From Callorhinchus milii (Eukaryota): DNA of 64,000 bases. The notes under the pieces were generated by a model. It did not search any database and was not told the origin of the DNA. It was given only the letters and a program-made list of their open reading frames with translations. Each line of letters begins with the position of its first letter. The stretch's first letter is position 1. This document shows positions 24,301 through 38,100 of this stretch, piece after piece. Position numbers and translations under genes: made by a program. Location of the stretch: the NCBI RefSeq assembly GCF_018977255.1, contig NW_024704760.1, forward strand, positions 4,526,001 to 4,590,000, read 5' to 3'.

Positions 24301-27300
24301 ATACACAAGTAGAAAATAGTGGCGAACAGATAAAAAGATGAAAAAAAATCCAATCACAAATGAATATAATCAAGCAATTCCGAGATGCTATCCAGGGTGA
24401 AGGGCGCTATTTAAATGCAAACCTCTGTTCTCGAAGATAGTGAGATCATGAATATTTATGATGGCATTTAACTGTGCCATCTTTCTTCAGTTTGGCCTTA
24501 AATAGCTCGGCCTTGAATATTGTCAGACTTCCATTAGGAGTAAAATTCCTTTGTTCGCTGTACAAAATATACAGTCGCCATACTTCACATGAATTAAGTT
24601 ATATTCTGTGAAGCGTTTCGAGATGTCCTCCTGGCGTGAAAGGAACGTTTACCAAATGCAAGAATTACTAACGCCTTTATTATGCTTACGTTAGCGTTCT
24701 GATGCACTTGGGAGAATCTCGGATGTCCCACAGTTTAATGTACGATGTTGAAACAGTAAACACCAGGCTGGAGTAGCTGCAGTACTTGACAGAGACCACA
24801 TTGTTCGGATGTCCCTTCAAAGTACTGATTTCCTGGCCAGTGGCCAAATTCCACACTTTACAAGTGCGATCTGAAAACATAACAGCACATGAGGGTGAGC
24901 AGAAGACAGCGAAGACAACGAACATAAGAACAAAACGATTATGAATTAGACTCAAAATCAAAATCTCACAATTCGGCGTCTGCTCTATTTTAAACAAGTC
25001 AAAAGCCGAAAGGATTGTGAAACGGACACTTAACCCGTTCGAGCCCACTCCTTCCTTCAACAGCGAATGACGCACAAGCTAGTCTATCGTGGGTCTCAAT
25101 CAACTCGGCATCTCCCGAGGGAAAGAATTATAAAGGTACTGTCACACCTAAAGGCAAACAATAGCTGCCAAAAAATAATCGTCTATCTCTGCCATTCAAC
25201 CCTTGCATCCCTCCCTCCACAGTCAGCATCCTGCCTCTCCATCCAAAACACACAAACCATTGCATCCCACAAAGTCTTTCATTTCCATCTGTCCATACCC
25301 TATGTCCTCCACTACTATTTGGTACAGAAAATCTTTTGACTATTTGGTTCCAAGATACAACATGAAAGCCAGAGTAAGTTGTAAGTTTAACCCCTTCATT
25401 ATAATCAATTTGCATCTTTGCCACACAATATTATCTTCACCTTTGGATCCAGTGAACAGCAGGTCATCAGTCGCTTCCAGACACAGGACAGGTTTTGAAT
25501 GTCCTTCGGCAACAGAGATGCTTTGGAGCGGGGCAGTCCTACTGCTCTTGGCATTGCCAACTGGGTTAATCACACCCCTGATAAAAGAATACACAGTGGG
25601 TTAAATTAAATCACTCAATGACCCAAAGTGCTGTGGGATTTACTCAGGATGGTCGCTGGGTAACTTAAAAGTGGCTTCTATTAAAATGTAAACCAGAATA
25701 CAGAAGGAAATGTTTGGTGAATACTAAATCTGATCTGCTGCCTATCCTTCACTTAATGTTCGTAAGTGCTACTGAATGCTGACTGAACACGCCCTAAATT
25801 CACAGAGAATTAAAAAGACTTAACCTTCCAAGGAAGAATAAAATAGTGTCATTTTTAAACACACGCATGTCCTAAATAATGAAGCCAGCACGACACAGGC
25901 ATAAGAGTTTGGTGTTGACTTAGCATCCCGAACCACCAGCACCTTAACTGTGAAGCCACTTACACAATGTTATTGCCTCAAACCACGCATCCCTTCACCG
26001 AGGACTTGCCTAAGTGATCCTAGTTACAAAACTCTCCGGGAAATAAGCAAGTTAACTTTCTCCGACACCTACTATTGTTATTTTGATCAAGCGGCTGACC
26101 TATAAACCAGTTAAAGTCTCCTTCACTGGTATGAGAGGGGAAAAAATGCTAACTCCCATCTGATGAGCAAAAAATTAGAAAAACATCTACAGGGAAAGAG
26201 TAATTTTGGGCAAGAATGACTGAAGGTTGTAGAATTCAGATGAATTAAACAGAATAGCTTTCATCCCAAGATATCATGCTTCTATTCATGGTCTATTTGA
26301 CTTTCATCAATCGACTAACAACCGGGTTTAGGTGAACAGAGGCCAAATGGTTGTATTGTTCCCACTGTCCTTCATTGTCAGCAAAAACTAACCACAGTGT
26401 TAACATAACCCAAACTTTACAAGCAGAAGAGTTCAGAAGCTCGCAAGATCAATGTTTACTCTCGAAAGTGAAGCTATGCAACTGAGATGAATAAGCAGTA
26501 TGGAAAGGTGTCCTACAAATCTCAAGAGTGGCCTTTGATGAGTTGCGATCAATAAGTAATAAGCCTTCCAGTCAAAATGTCTCCAGCGTGGATTGCTTTT
26601 TCAAAGAAACAGATCACTGCTGAACGCAAGGGGATACAAAAATGCACCAGCACCACATTTTTGCTGCCAAAGCTTTTTGGTTGCGGGTGTAGGCGTTTTT
26701 AGAATTGTGATTGTTTTTATCCAAATTACAGCTTTATATTTTGGGGAGGTGGGGTGGGGGTCGAAAGAAAATTATGGCAAACATTTGCAGAGGTGTGTGT
26801 AAAAATTGGGCCATCGCAGAAACACGATCAAGTATGGAATTCTCATTTTCTGCCTTCGAGAAAGAACCTTCCTCAATAATTCGAGTGGGCGAGACGTGGG
26901 AATTGAAAAATAACATTTAAGATAAAGCATGGAGTTGGAAAAAAAAAATCTAGAAAAATATTAACTCCTCTCCCCCACCCAAGGGTTTTCTTTCCGTTTC
27001 CACTTTTCGCAGAGAGCAACATAAATCCTAAAAGAAACAAGGCCTACAAAAGCAGATTGATTAATTAATTAATTAATTAATTAACAAGGGGGGAAAAAAA
27101 TACACTTTCCATCTTCTCTTAACCAAGGCGTACCTTCAAAGATTTTTGCATGCTTCACTTATTCAGCAAGGCGCGACGAAAGACTGTACAAGACTGTAAA
27201 AATGCATACGCTTGACAACCTTAACTCATGGAAGACAGATGGGTTTCGATCCAGTTTAAAAATTAACTGGAGGACGCTTTGTGACTTTGGTTTAGAAACC

Positions 27301-30300
27301 AGACAACAAAATAAATCTGCTGCTTCCAGCAATTTTTTATGTATACACACCCACACACACTGTCTGATCATCAATTGATGTTAGAGCCGGTTGCTTTTTC
27401 ATGATAAAAAACATTAGCTGAACGCTCTGTGTTTGCGGGCAGAAACGCAAGTCCTTTTTGCACTGCAGTTTTGCGCAATCAAGACTGTCCGGGTTAATTA
27501 TCCCATTCATTTCCCGTTTGGAAATGTCGCAAATTTCAATTGCGGTGAATTGTGATGGTTTCTAAAGGGATTCCTCAGTACAATACAAAATTACATTTGT
27601 AAAGCGCCTTTCATGTCGGGAGGCCGTCCCAAGGCGCTGAGCAGTCAGGGATTACGACCCGAACGGGAGTGGGGTTGGGATCAGGGAGGGTGGAGGGCAG
27701 GGAGGGTAGGAATGGCCGAAGACACACTCGAAGAGGAGGGTCTTGATGAGGAAAGGGAGTTGGGGATTCTGTCCTGTAAGCAGATGAATGTCACACCAGC
27801 TCGCTTGTTCTAACACGTTGGAAGTAGATGGTGTTAGAGTGGAGATGCCGCAATTCAACACAATGTACATGCCGTTAGAAATCGCTGTCTGTTAAGACGT
27901 GATAATTAATCTGTCGGGTGTGGGTTGGGTGGGGAAACAGAATTTAAGTCTCATACTGTGCTGGCCCATCAGACCGATGTCCATTGGCTTGTGGTTAAGG
28001 TACCATGGTCAGGGTTTTAACCAGGGTTTCAGGACGAGGACAGATTTGACTCAGCATTGAATCTTCGCAAGCTATTCAATAGATTTTATAGCATTCACCA
28101 TCAAATTCAGGAAAGGGGAAAATGGTCAACATGTTGGGGTGTAAAGGGGCAGTAACACTGAAATGCAAGATCCATTCACATGCAGGGTAAAGCCCCAATA
28201 TCTAACTCACAACTCCGCAGAGCTGCAGAATATCGACACCTGCGAAAATCTTCAGGATTAGCTTTCACATCCACACATTAGAATATATTAGAATATAAGG
28301 CACAGAAACAGGCCGTTCGGCCCAACTGGTCTATGCCAGTGTTCATGTTCCACATGAGTCTCCTCCTACTGTTCCTCAACTAAGCCTTCAAGCATAACCT
28401 TCTATTCCTTTCTCTCTCATGTACCTATCTAGCTTTCCCTTAAATACACCTATGCTATTTTTAGAAGAGAAACCTCCATTCTGAATCTAAAACCCTTACG
28501 TCTAATCCTCGAGTGAGCCGAGACTCTCTAAAACAGCTAGAAGCTGAACAGAGCCCGGGCTCGGTAAAGCAAAATCATTTTCCTCGTGTCCGTGTTAGTC
28601 ATTCCGGTGAAAGGTTAACATCACAGGCAGATCGATACGCGACAAATAACGCTAGAAATTTTTTATTGTGACTTTAGCTGCTCTCGTTTATAAAAAAAAG
28701 ACACACACGCTAAATACAAGTTACATCCTCCAAATGAAAAGTGCATGCAATAGATCAGCCCAACCAAGAGACCCCGCACACACACACAAAATATACACAG
28801 AAACCAAACCAACGTAAATAAAACCTCCTTTAAAAGTCAGTGACAATCAAAATGAGCCGACAATCAACCAACCAATGTGTGGGATTTTGTGCCGCTTCTG
28901 GGCACGGGGTGCGATGTTTGACAGATGGAACACAAGACACGTAGCATGCAAGAGGCGAAGCAAAAAAAAACACCAGCTTCATGCGGGCCACAGTGCAGGC
29001 CAGAAGTGAGGGCCTTCCACAAAGCAAGAAGCGACAAAAGAAACTTGTACCTGGGAACCTCCGAGAGAGAGGAGTCACTGTCATCAGACCTATGAACAAA
29101 ACAGCAGCAGGATTATGGGGGAAGAAAGAGGGGAGAGCTCCAGCATGTTGCACTGCGGAGTAGAGAGCGATTGATGGGAACAAATCAGAGCAACAGTAGG
29201 TATGCCAGGTTAGAGCAGTTTTAGCCAGGAAATACCGAGGGCCAGAAAAGACAGCAGGTTATGATATGAGTAAAGGTTTGAGTACACAGTTGATTTTTTT
29301 TTAATGCTTTGCATAATAATATCATCATTAACAGCGTGTGGCTATTACGTCTCCAGAACAAGTTAATCCAGATCCTGACAGGAGCTCTGAAGCGGAGCTC
29401 AATCCAATTGGCTTTTTTCCAATTGAATTGAAAGAGACTTGTCAACTGCTCCACCTAGTGTTGCAGCCGAGAGCCGCTGAAATTTACTGCACTGGCGAAG
29501 AACCTTTTGTGTTCAACCAACGTTCAAAATCCCGACCCTTCGAGTTGCCGTCTTAACAGAAATGCAAGTCTCTGTATCTCTGAAAGCTGCACAGACTGAA
29601 ACCTCAAGGCACACTACGGGACATTTTAAAAACCATTTTCCCAGACCGCATTTTAGTAGCCGTGGGAAGATCCATCTTTAGTTGTTTACGTAAAAAGAAA
29701 CGAGGGATGTGAGGATCCTGGAAAAAAAGGTCATTGCGTACAGTCTCATCTCATTATCACTGTTCAGGAAGAGAACATACAGTCCTTGCCCACCAGTGGA
29801 GTGGAAATGCAAGCTCCGGGCTAAAGGATGTACCGTACAAGCCAGTTAATGAGTACTCTGCCTAACAGACGCACTGACTTAGGAAACTATCTCCTGGAAA
29901 CACATCACAGAATTAGCTTGAGGAGAAAAGATTGGATTAAAGTCGTGTTTCTCCTGCCATATAAGAACACAGTTGCAATGATACCTCAGATCGATACCTC
30001 ATCCCTGGTCACAATTGACCCGCTAGCACATAATCTGTACTCAACAAGACAATTGGGTGGACAAGAATTTAACAAGGCAACTATATTACTGTAGTTGGGA
30101 GTGTACATCTACATTCACACACAGGCACGGACGCAATCACAATAATAATAATAATAATAAGGACATACAAAGGCATTAACAAGCACAAAGCTAATTCCTC
30201 TCCAGGTAACACAAAACCTATTCTGCTGTGGACTCCACCCCACTCCTTCAAACTCAATATCCAGTATGCATACCATCAAGTCTGTTAAATAGACTAAAGA

Positions 30301-33300
30301 AGGAAGGCAGAAGCAGTACTCTAAGGAATCAATCCAACATTATATTACATTTGCTGACACAGCAGCTAAAAGGAGGGTTGACAGAGTCAGAGTGCACTCT
30401 AAACCTGAATAATTAAATGAGAATCCATGATTTTAACTCAATTTATAACTTCTAAAGTCCGGTTTGATCTCGAAATTAAAAAAAGACTCCTTCAAAACAT
30501 TATTCTTTTATTTTGTCTACAAGTTGCTTCCCACCTCCTAAATGGATTCCCGCATTTCTCTTTGATTAAGCTCCATGCTGACTTTACAACTGAACGCTGC
30601 AGCCCATTGCTAAGAAACTTGTTCAGGAGATCTGTAATGCCACACTTGGCTAAGACAACTGACGATTGCCAGGTAATATAAAATAAAAATTCCAATTTTA
30701 AATGAGGTGTTACTTGGCATACCTACACATAGCATAGCAACCAGGACAAGTACACAGACCAGTGTGAAAATGAAACTCTGGCAGTCTAGACCGACAGATA
30801 CTAATGTTATTGGAACAGGCAAACATACAGCATTTGTGGACAATAGACATTAGTAAGAACATGTCCATTTCATAGATAGGCTGGAATGGTCATGGGAAAG
30901 GTCTTGAGATCTGCGAGATAGACAAACATAGTTAAGTTAGCCCTCTTTTCAAAACATTCTGATTTCTAAAAGGGGCTTCATAACCAAGACACAACATACA
31001 TGTATATAGCATATACATGGAATGGGGCTGAACTTTTGGCTGTGTAATACTGACAGATAGGTCTCTTTGATCTGATAGTTTTGAAAATAATTTTAAATCA
31101 TGAGTTGAATTTTGAGTTGAGCGTGTGAAGGAAAGAAGGAATCCATTGGGCAAAACAGCATGAACCAGGTTATAAAGGTTATAAAGCACAGATTCTAAGT
31201 TAAACATTAAAAATAGTCTCATGGTATAGAGGGATTTTGTACTCTGTAACTTTCATGCCATTAGTTGGAAAGCTCGTAAAGTTCAATTAGGAATTGACCA
31301 GGAAATACATAATTTCCATAGACTTGAAACCAGATTTTTTTTAATTAAATCTCTTTTCTAAAGCAATGGACACTTGAGAAAATAATGCCGGATCAATCAA
31401 TTATTCTGTTTGATATACCGTGAGCATTGCACAGACCAAATGATCAGTTAGTTTCTTCAACTGTTCCAAGAAATTCCATTTTGTTTTATATAAAAGAAAA
31501 AAAGAAAAGACAAGTTTTGCGGAGCGGAATTCAACATCGTTCCCTGATAGAGGGAAAAATGTCCATTCTCCACCACTGTTAAATCCACAGCCAAAAAGAC
31601 GATGTTGCAAACTTATTGGATAACCAGGTTTGTATGCCAGTCTCTCTCTTCTGAAGAACACTGGAACATTTAGGATAAAGTTAATTTGACGGAAACAAGA
31701 GAAGGAGCGATCCGGATAAGACTGATCGACAGCATACGAGCAAGTAAGTAAATAAGTGACGTTAACTGCAGATGTCTGTTGTGCTGTAAAGTGACTTTTA
31801 GACTCCCTCTCACCCCTGATCATCACCATTGATTAAATTGAAGACTGAAAGAGAGGATTTGTTACCATTCCTTCCAGTGCGAACTGGCAAGACCCTCTTT
31901 GTGAACGAGCGACGAAAATTCCAATCCCTTTCTGTTATACCCCGAAAGCTTTCTGGTTGGGTCAGACGATTTCCAATCCAATCCCTTGTGCGTAAGAACT
32001 TTCAGGAAATTTACCGCCTCGACGCAGTTAATTTAACACAAGTAACGAGACCAACAACTTCTAGCTCACGTATTACAAGACGTGTGCGTTGCTCTGAAGG
32101 GTAATGTGTTTTTTTTTAAATCATCCTAGAGTTTAATCGGGAGGGAATATTGCCACATGGCTAATGCTTGCCCTGGGGGTTAAACAAACAACTCCTTGCA
32201 ATAACTGGTCAATTGAGCACAAGTGAAAATGCAACACTGCTTAAAAAAAAATCTGAGCTATTTAGGTTTAAATAGTAAACGTTCTTTAACCCTAACTTTG
32301 TTTTCCCCCGTGTTGCTCTTACAATATTGGACCCTAACGCGGTATATTTCTCAGAGAGAGTTTCTGAGAGCCCGTTGGCGCTGTAACTGCAGCTCGCGAG
32401 CTCCCGATCGCTCTAGCTCACGCCAGGCAATGGCTGCCCAGAGCGCAACACTGCCAGAGGGTGGTCCTTACTTGTCGTGGGCGGGGAAGGTCTGCAGTTG
32501 GGTGCTGGTGAGCCGGGAGAAGACGTTCCTGTCATTACGAGACCGGGTCGGAGGAGAGGATGGGGGCGTCAGGTTGATTTCGCTCGACCTCCATTCGGAC
32601 CTGCAAGGAATAGTCATGCGTTGAATCAATGATTTCTCGTCAAAATCAAAACCCCCGTCGATTCCTCCACTTCAGGAGGATGAGCAAGTTGAACGCACAC
32701 GTTCGCTATTATCTATACATCGTCGGAGTTACTATAAAGTGTAGTGACTGCGTGTTTTGCTGGTGAAAAGCTAGCAAAGTTGCAGCACCGTGCTAAACAG
32801 CGTGGAGCCAGATGAGCTGCACTTCACGTAAATTTAAACGGAGGACACTTCATGGAAGGTATTCACACCATGTTGCCATGTTTAGGAGGTATTTGGAGTC
32901 GTCGAGGAGTGGGCAGTGGGCAGAGCATCAGTTTACTATTGATCTTAGGAAATATTGGCAGACTTGGCTCAAAAAGATTGCTTCGAGTCACCAGTTTGCT
33001 CGACCGGTTTTCAGTCGCTGTGTGTGCTGCTCAGATTCTGGACTCAGCGAGGGGAAAGCCCACCACCCTGTGGCCGAGAAGAGAACATCTGAAAATTATA
33101 TTGAGATTTCACGGGTACGGTTGGAGGTTTTAATGTCTCAAATCTACAGCCAGGCCGAGCCTCTCTGCCCCCAACCCTTTGGAACTTTGGACCCGCACTC
33201 TCTTTGTCTCACTCCCTCGCCTTCTTCGAGGCGCGTCTCAAGACCCTCCTCTTCAGTCACCCTCTTACCCCTAATAATAATCCTTGCATTTGACATAGCG

Positions 33301-35102
33301 CTTTTCACGTCTTCTAGACGTCTCAAAGCGCTTCACAGAATATACTGTAAAGTGAATTGACTGTATATTTGTGGGCGAACGTGGCAGCCAATTGCGCACA
33401 GCAATGTCCCACAAACAGTCGTGGATTGAAAATGACCAATTTATTATTGTTTTGTTTTTTTGGAGGGATTATTATTAGTGTAAGGAAACTTGCCCAAGGT
33501 TTCGCCCTCTGCCTGGAATTGAACTCAGGTCTCTCACTTGCAAAGCGAGTGCTCTAACCACTGAGCTACAGGACTCCGATGCGGAGTCCTCCCTGCCTTC
33601 CCTCCCTGCCTTCCACAGGACTCCGATGCGGAGTCCTCCCTGCCTTCCCTCCCTGCCTTCCACCCACTCTCCTTGATCCCGACCCCCCACCCCCCCACCC
33701 CCCACCACAGCTCGGGTCGAAATCCCTGACTGTCCAGGACCTTGGGACGTCGTCCGGACATCAAATGCGCTTCTCAAATGTAATTTTGTTTTGTATTGTA
33801 CAGATGGATAACCACATATCGCTGGGAAGTATTTCATTCAGGGGTTTTACAGCATTGTCTAAAAACGTGATCAAAATGTGAAAGCACACTAGCTCTTGCC
33901 TATGAAATAAATGGCTGACACCTGGAGCTGCCTTTTCTGTTGTTTATTGAAAGAAAACCAGCTTCGCAATTGAAAGCCGCATTTAAGGAGTTTCTAAATT
34001 CTGGAAGCTCTGAAATGCTACATAAATAAAGTTAAACCAGACCCAGGAGCATTTTCTCCTCAAAGATTTATCATACTTGCATCCACTGTACATTATTATT
34101 AATATTGATAATAATTCTTGCATTTGATATAGTACTTTGTCACATTGTTGAGACATCTCAAAGCCCTTCACAGAATATGTTGTAAAGTGGATTGACTGTG
34201 TATTGATTGTACATTACGATACTCACCGGGATTTATCAGAGGACATCTGAACTTTGTCATATGACTTCCTCCTCATGAGGGGTGATGTATCCTGGAATTT
34301 CTTGGTTGACTGCCTGGGACTGTGGACAAAAGTAAAAGATTCCTTGAGCTAGAGAGCAACTGCGTTCTTCAGTCAGAAAAAAAATAACTTGAGTTTTCAT
34401 AGCGCCTGAAACATCAAATCGTCTCAATAAAATTTACATTCCTTTTAATCCTTGCATATAATATAGCGCCTTATCGCATCTTCAAGACGTCGCAAAGCGC
34501 TTCACAGAATATACTGTAAAGTGAATTGACTGGACATTTTGTGGGCGAAAGACGGCAGCCGATTGCACGCAGCAGTGTCCCGACAAACAGTCGTAGATTG
34601 AGTGACCAATTTATTATTTGGTGGTGGAGGGGATAACAGTGATTCTGATCACGGGCCACAACTGTTTTTTTTGAAGGCAAACAGGTTAGCGTGCAGCAAT
34701 GTCCAGCAAACACTCATACGTACACACAGACACGCACAAACAACTCACAAAGTGTTTCCAGATCTGGGCTGGAAACTGTTCGAATCCTTGTCCTTTGGCG
34801 TTCTCATCACCACTTCCGTCGTCTTGACCCCATTCTCTCGCACCTCTTGCGATTTCCCTGGGCTCAGAGTGGAGAGCTCCAAGGCAGAGCCATACCAGTC
34901 TACCTGCGCCTGCTCTGCCCTCTGCTCAGACTGCGAATGACAATCGCGGGGGTTAATTCGCGGGGTTGATTTTAAACAACTAAAACGAGTGGATTAAAAC
35001 CAGTCGGACGTGTCCGACACATTCGTAAACCCATCACCGTGTGTGAAGAATCTCCAAACCAAATGACTGAAGGTTCCACATTTGGTTGACAATACAAGGC
35101 CC

Positions 35103-35133
<31 letters not shown>

Positions 35134-38100
35134 CCCACTACATACAGACACACGCACACACACGCACACGGTGACCAAAAAGTTGTGATACCATTGCAAT
35201 GTCTAATAAGTATTAAAGAAATTATATTTTTTCAGATAACAGGGTAGATATCACAACGTTTTAGTGACCGTGTATATACACGCACGGTGTGTATAATACT
35301 ATATCCCACTATATACATAATATATATATTATATACACACACACACAGTAGTACATCCCATTGAGAAACAAGAGCTGTACCTTTAATCGGAAATCGCCCT
35401 GGCTCAGTGAGTGCTTTGAGTAGGAACTTGATGTTAAGCTGAAATACAAACAGTAACGTGACAATCAGGTGTGCAAAGGCAACGGTGTCAGGCAAGTGTC
35501 TCTACCATGGCGTTGACACTGTGGAAAAACACGTTACTTTCAGATGGGGAGCGTTGGCTAGTATTACTCCTGCAATAATCCATCAGGTGAAGGAACACCA
35601 GTCACTCCCAGCACATTTGGAGTCGAGAAGATTTATTACATAAAAAAAGTGTTCAAGTAGTCCTGCAAGTTTTTAACCTCGAGTCATTTCTACTGGGAAT
35701 ATGCTGGAATATTCACACTGTTGAACAGACCCACTGATCGGTTACAGGGCAAACATCAGGATAGGAAGACGAGAGCCAAACTAGTTCATTTATTAATTAG
35801 TTTGTGTGTGTAACAGAGACTCGTTACAAGCGGGTTCAGTAACTCACCTGTTCTCTAGCCCTGAACTGTACTCAGATATGTCCTCGTCACTGCTCAGTTC
35901 GCCATTTTCTGAAAGGCACATTGAACATTGAAGTGTTAGGAGAGGAACAGAAGTTTCCTTTTCCCTGCTTGAAAGCCAAAGTCGTATAACTTTATACACT
36001 TCCATAGGTCTCAAACGCTCTTCGTTCCCAGCAACTTCTCTCGAAGCTCATGTTCCATAAGAAGTTCGGGGTTCAGTGAATTAACTCCCTTGCAATTTTC
36101 ACACGTGTCTACCTTCAAACAAGAGGACATATCTGCTTGTCCCGAGGCTGACATTTAAAAGATCCCGTGACCCTATTGGCAAAGAGAGTGGAGTTCTCCA
36201 ATGAGTTCTCATTGAGTTTCCTGGGAGACAGATCCCCCCACCCCCAGGGGGCTAAACCTGACCATTTCAAGACCTTCCTCTTCGACTGTGCCTTCGGTCA
36301 CCCTCTCCACCCTCCCGATCCCAAACACCAGAGCGGCTCTCTGACTGTCCAGCGCCTTGAGGCGTTCTCCTGACGTGAAAGGCGCTTATATGAATGCGAA
36401 GTGTATCGTCAATTCACTTTACGGTATATTCTGTGAAGCGCTTTGAGTCGCCTGGAGGAGACGTGATAAGGGTTCTAGACGCCCCCTCCAACCCACTCTT
36501 CGCTCCCTCCCTTCCCTCCCCTCACCCTGACCATTTCCTGGGTCCCGACCCAACTGTCCAGCGCCTTGGGACGTCCTCCCGACGTAAAAGGCGCTCCATA
36601 AATGAAATCTTGTTGTTGTTGTAGATCAAATGCAACGATTGTCATGATTATTATTATTATTAAACTGTACTAATCTGTTGAGCGACCCCGTCTCCAACTA
36701 ATGCTTCGCGAAAGGAAAGGAAAGGAAAGGAAAGGAAGGAGACTGATCGGCGGGTTACCTTGCGAGACGCTCTGAAGCAGCGTCTGGAGTTCGGGGATGG
36801 ACTCGGCCTTTTCCTTCAGCAGGTTCAGCAGCTGAACGGGAGCCACATCGATCATGTCCGACTGCTTCAGTCGACCTTCCAGCAGCTTAATCTGTGCCTC
36901 TTTATGAGCCACCTGCAGACCCTGCAGATAAAATGGTGGTTGCGCAGCCCGGGTCAAACTCAAGAGACACTCAAGTGGGTGAAGCGAACGCTGTTAACAG
37001 GGTTACACGGCTGGGATTGGGCTTCTCTCACCTTGTCGATCGACATCTTGAGGAAATGGTCCAGTAGGTGGCGGGCTTCAGCCAAGGAGCAGGAACTGAT
37101 GACCACAGAAGTGTCCGTCGAGTTAATCTCATCCTACAACACACAAGCAAGAAAGGATGGCGTTTACAGCAAGCTGCCCCCAGTGACTGGGTCACACGCG
37201 GCTCTTCAGACTCCTTTGCCTCTCAACGCTTTCCGGCAGTAAAGTTCCCCACACAAAATCCCTGCCCCCTGGCCGATCGCCCCTCACACTTACTGATCAG
37301 GTCAGCAAGTATTTCTTTACCCGATAGGGTAACTAACGATCGGAACAGGTTACCAGGCAGGGTGGCTGAGGCCAGGATACGGGAGTCATTTAACAAAACG
37401 GGTGGGGAGAGTGTTCTGGAAGGATGAGATCAAATGGGGCTGAAAGGTCTTGTTCATCTGAACCGATCTTGTGTAATTTCACTGCAGATCGTATCATTGC
37501 GACACTTTTCGGGATTTTCCACTCGCCCTGTTCTGCTATAGTCACAAAAGGCTATAATCAATTTCACGCTTGCAGTCAGAAGAACGACAGACGACAGAGA
37601 GAGAAGTTTGCGACGCGTCTCCGGTTTACCTTGGCCTCCTCGATCTCCATAATGGTGGCCTGGCACTCTGAAATGCTGTCGTTGATGTAGTCGATGTTGG
37701 CGTTCAAGGCTTCCAGCTCCTCGTTTATCTCCTGCACCATCTTGTTGTCATCTGGATTCTCCTTCAAAATCCGCTGTTTCTTCCCAACCAGAGTCTCGTG
37801 CAGCCCGATCAGCTCCTCTCGTTTCTGTAGACACAGGGTGGACATCGATCAACCGCCCGAGGCCAGCGGCTGTGGGGCAGTTACCAGTTTGATGACCTTC
37901 TCCTATCTGGCTCTTGTAACTTGGGCTTGCTGCTCTCTCTCTCTCTCTCTCTCCAATCTTTCAACCTCAGAAACTGCCTCGCTCTCTCTCCATTGGTCTC
38001 ATCCCCTCCCCCTTTCTCTTTAGCTGGCTATTAATTTAGCTCTTTCCTCTAATTTCCTGGCCCCTTTAATTTACAGTGGCAATACTGGGACGTCTTCCTG

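Noticed and set aside
31401-31829. 142-aa minus ORF with an in-phase acceptor near 31650
   Set aside because: No recognisable homology and no phase-compatible donor
31866-31931. Open 66-nt phase-2/2 segment with a GTAACA donor
   Set aside because: Acceptor lacks a polypyrimidine tract; no homology
32812-33360. 182-aa plus-strand ORF
   Set aside because: Runs through L2 and SINE remnants
33500-33578. tRNA gene-like A/B boxes
   Set aside because: SINE heads followed by the Deu body, not tRNA genes
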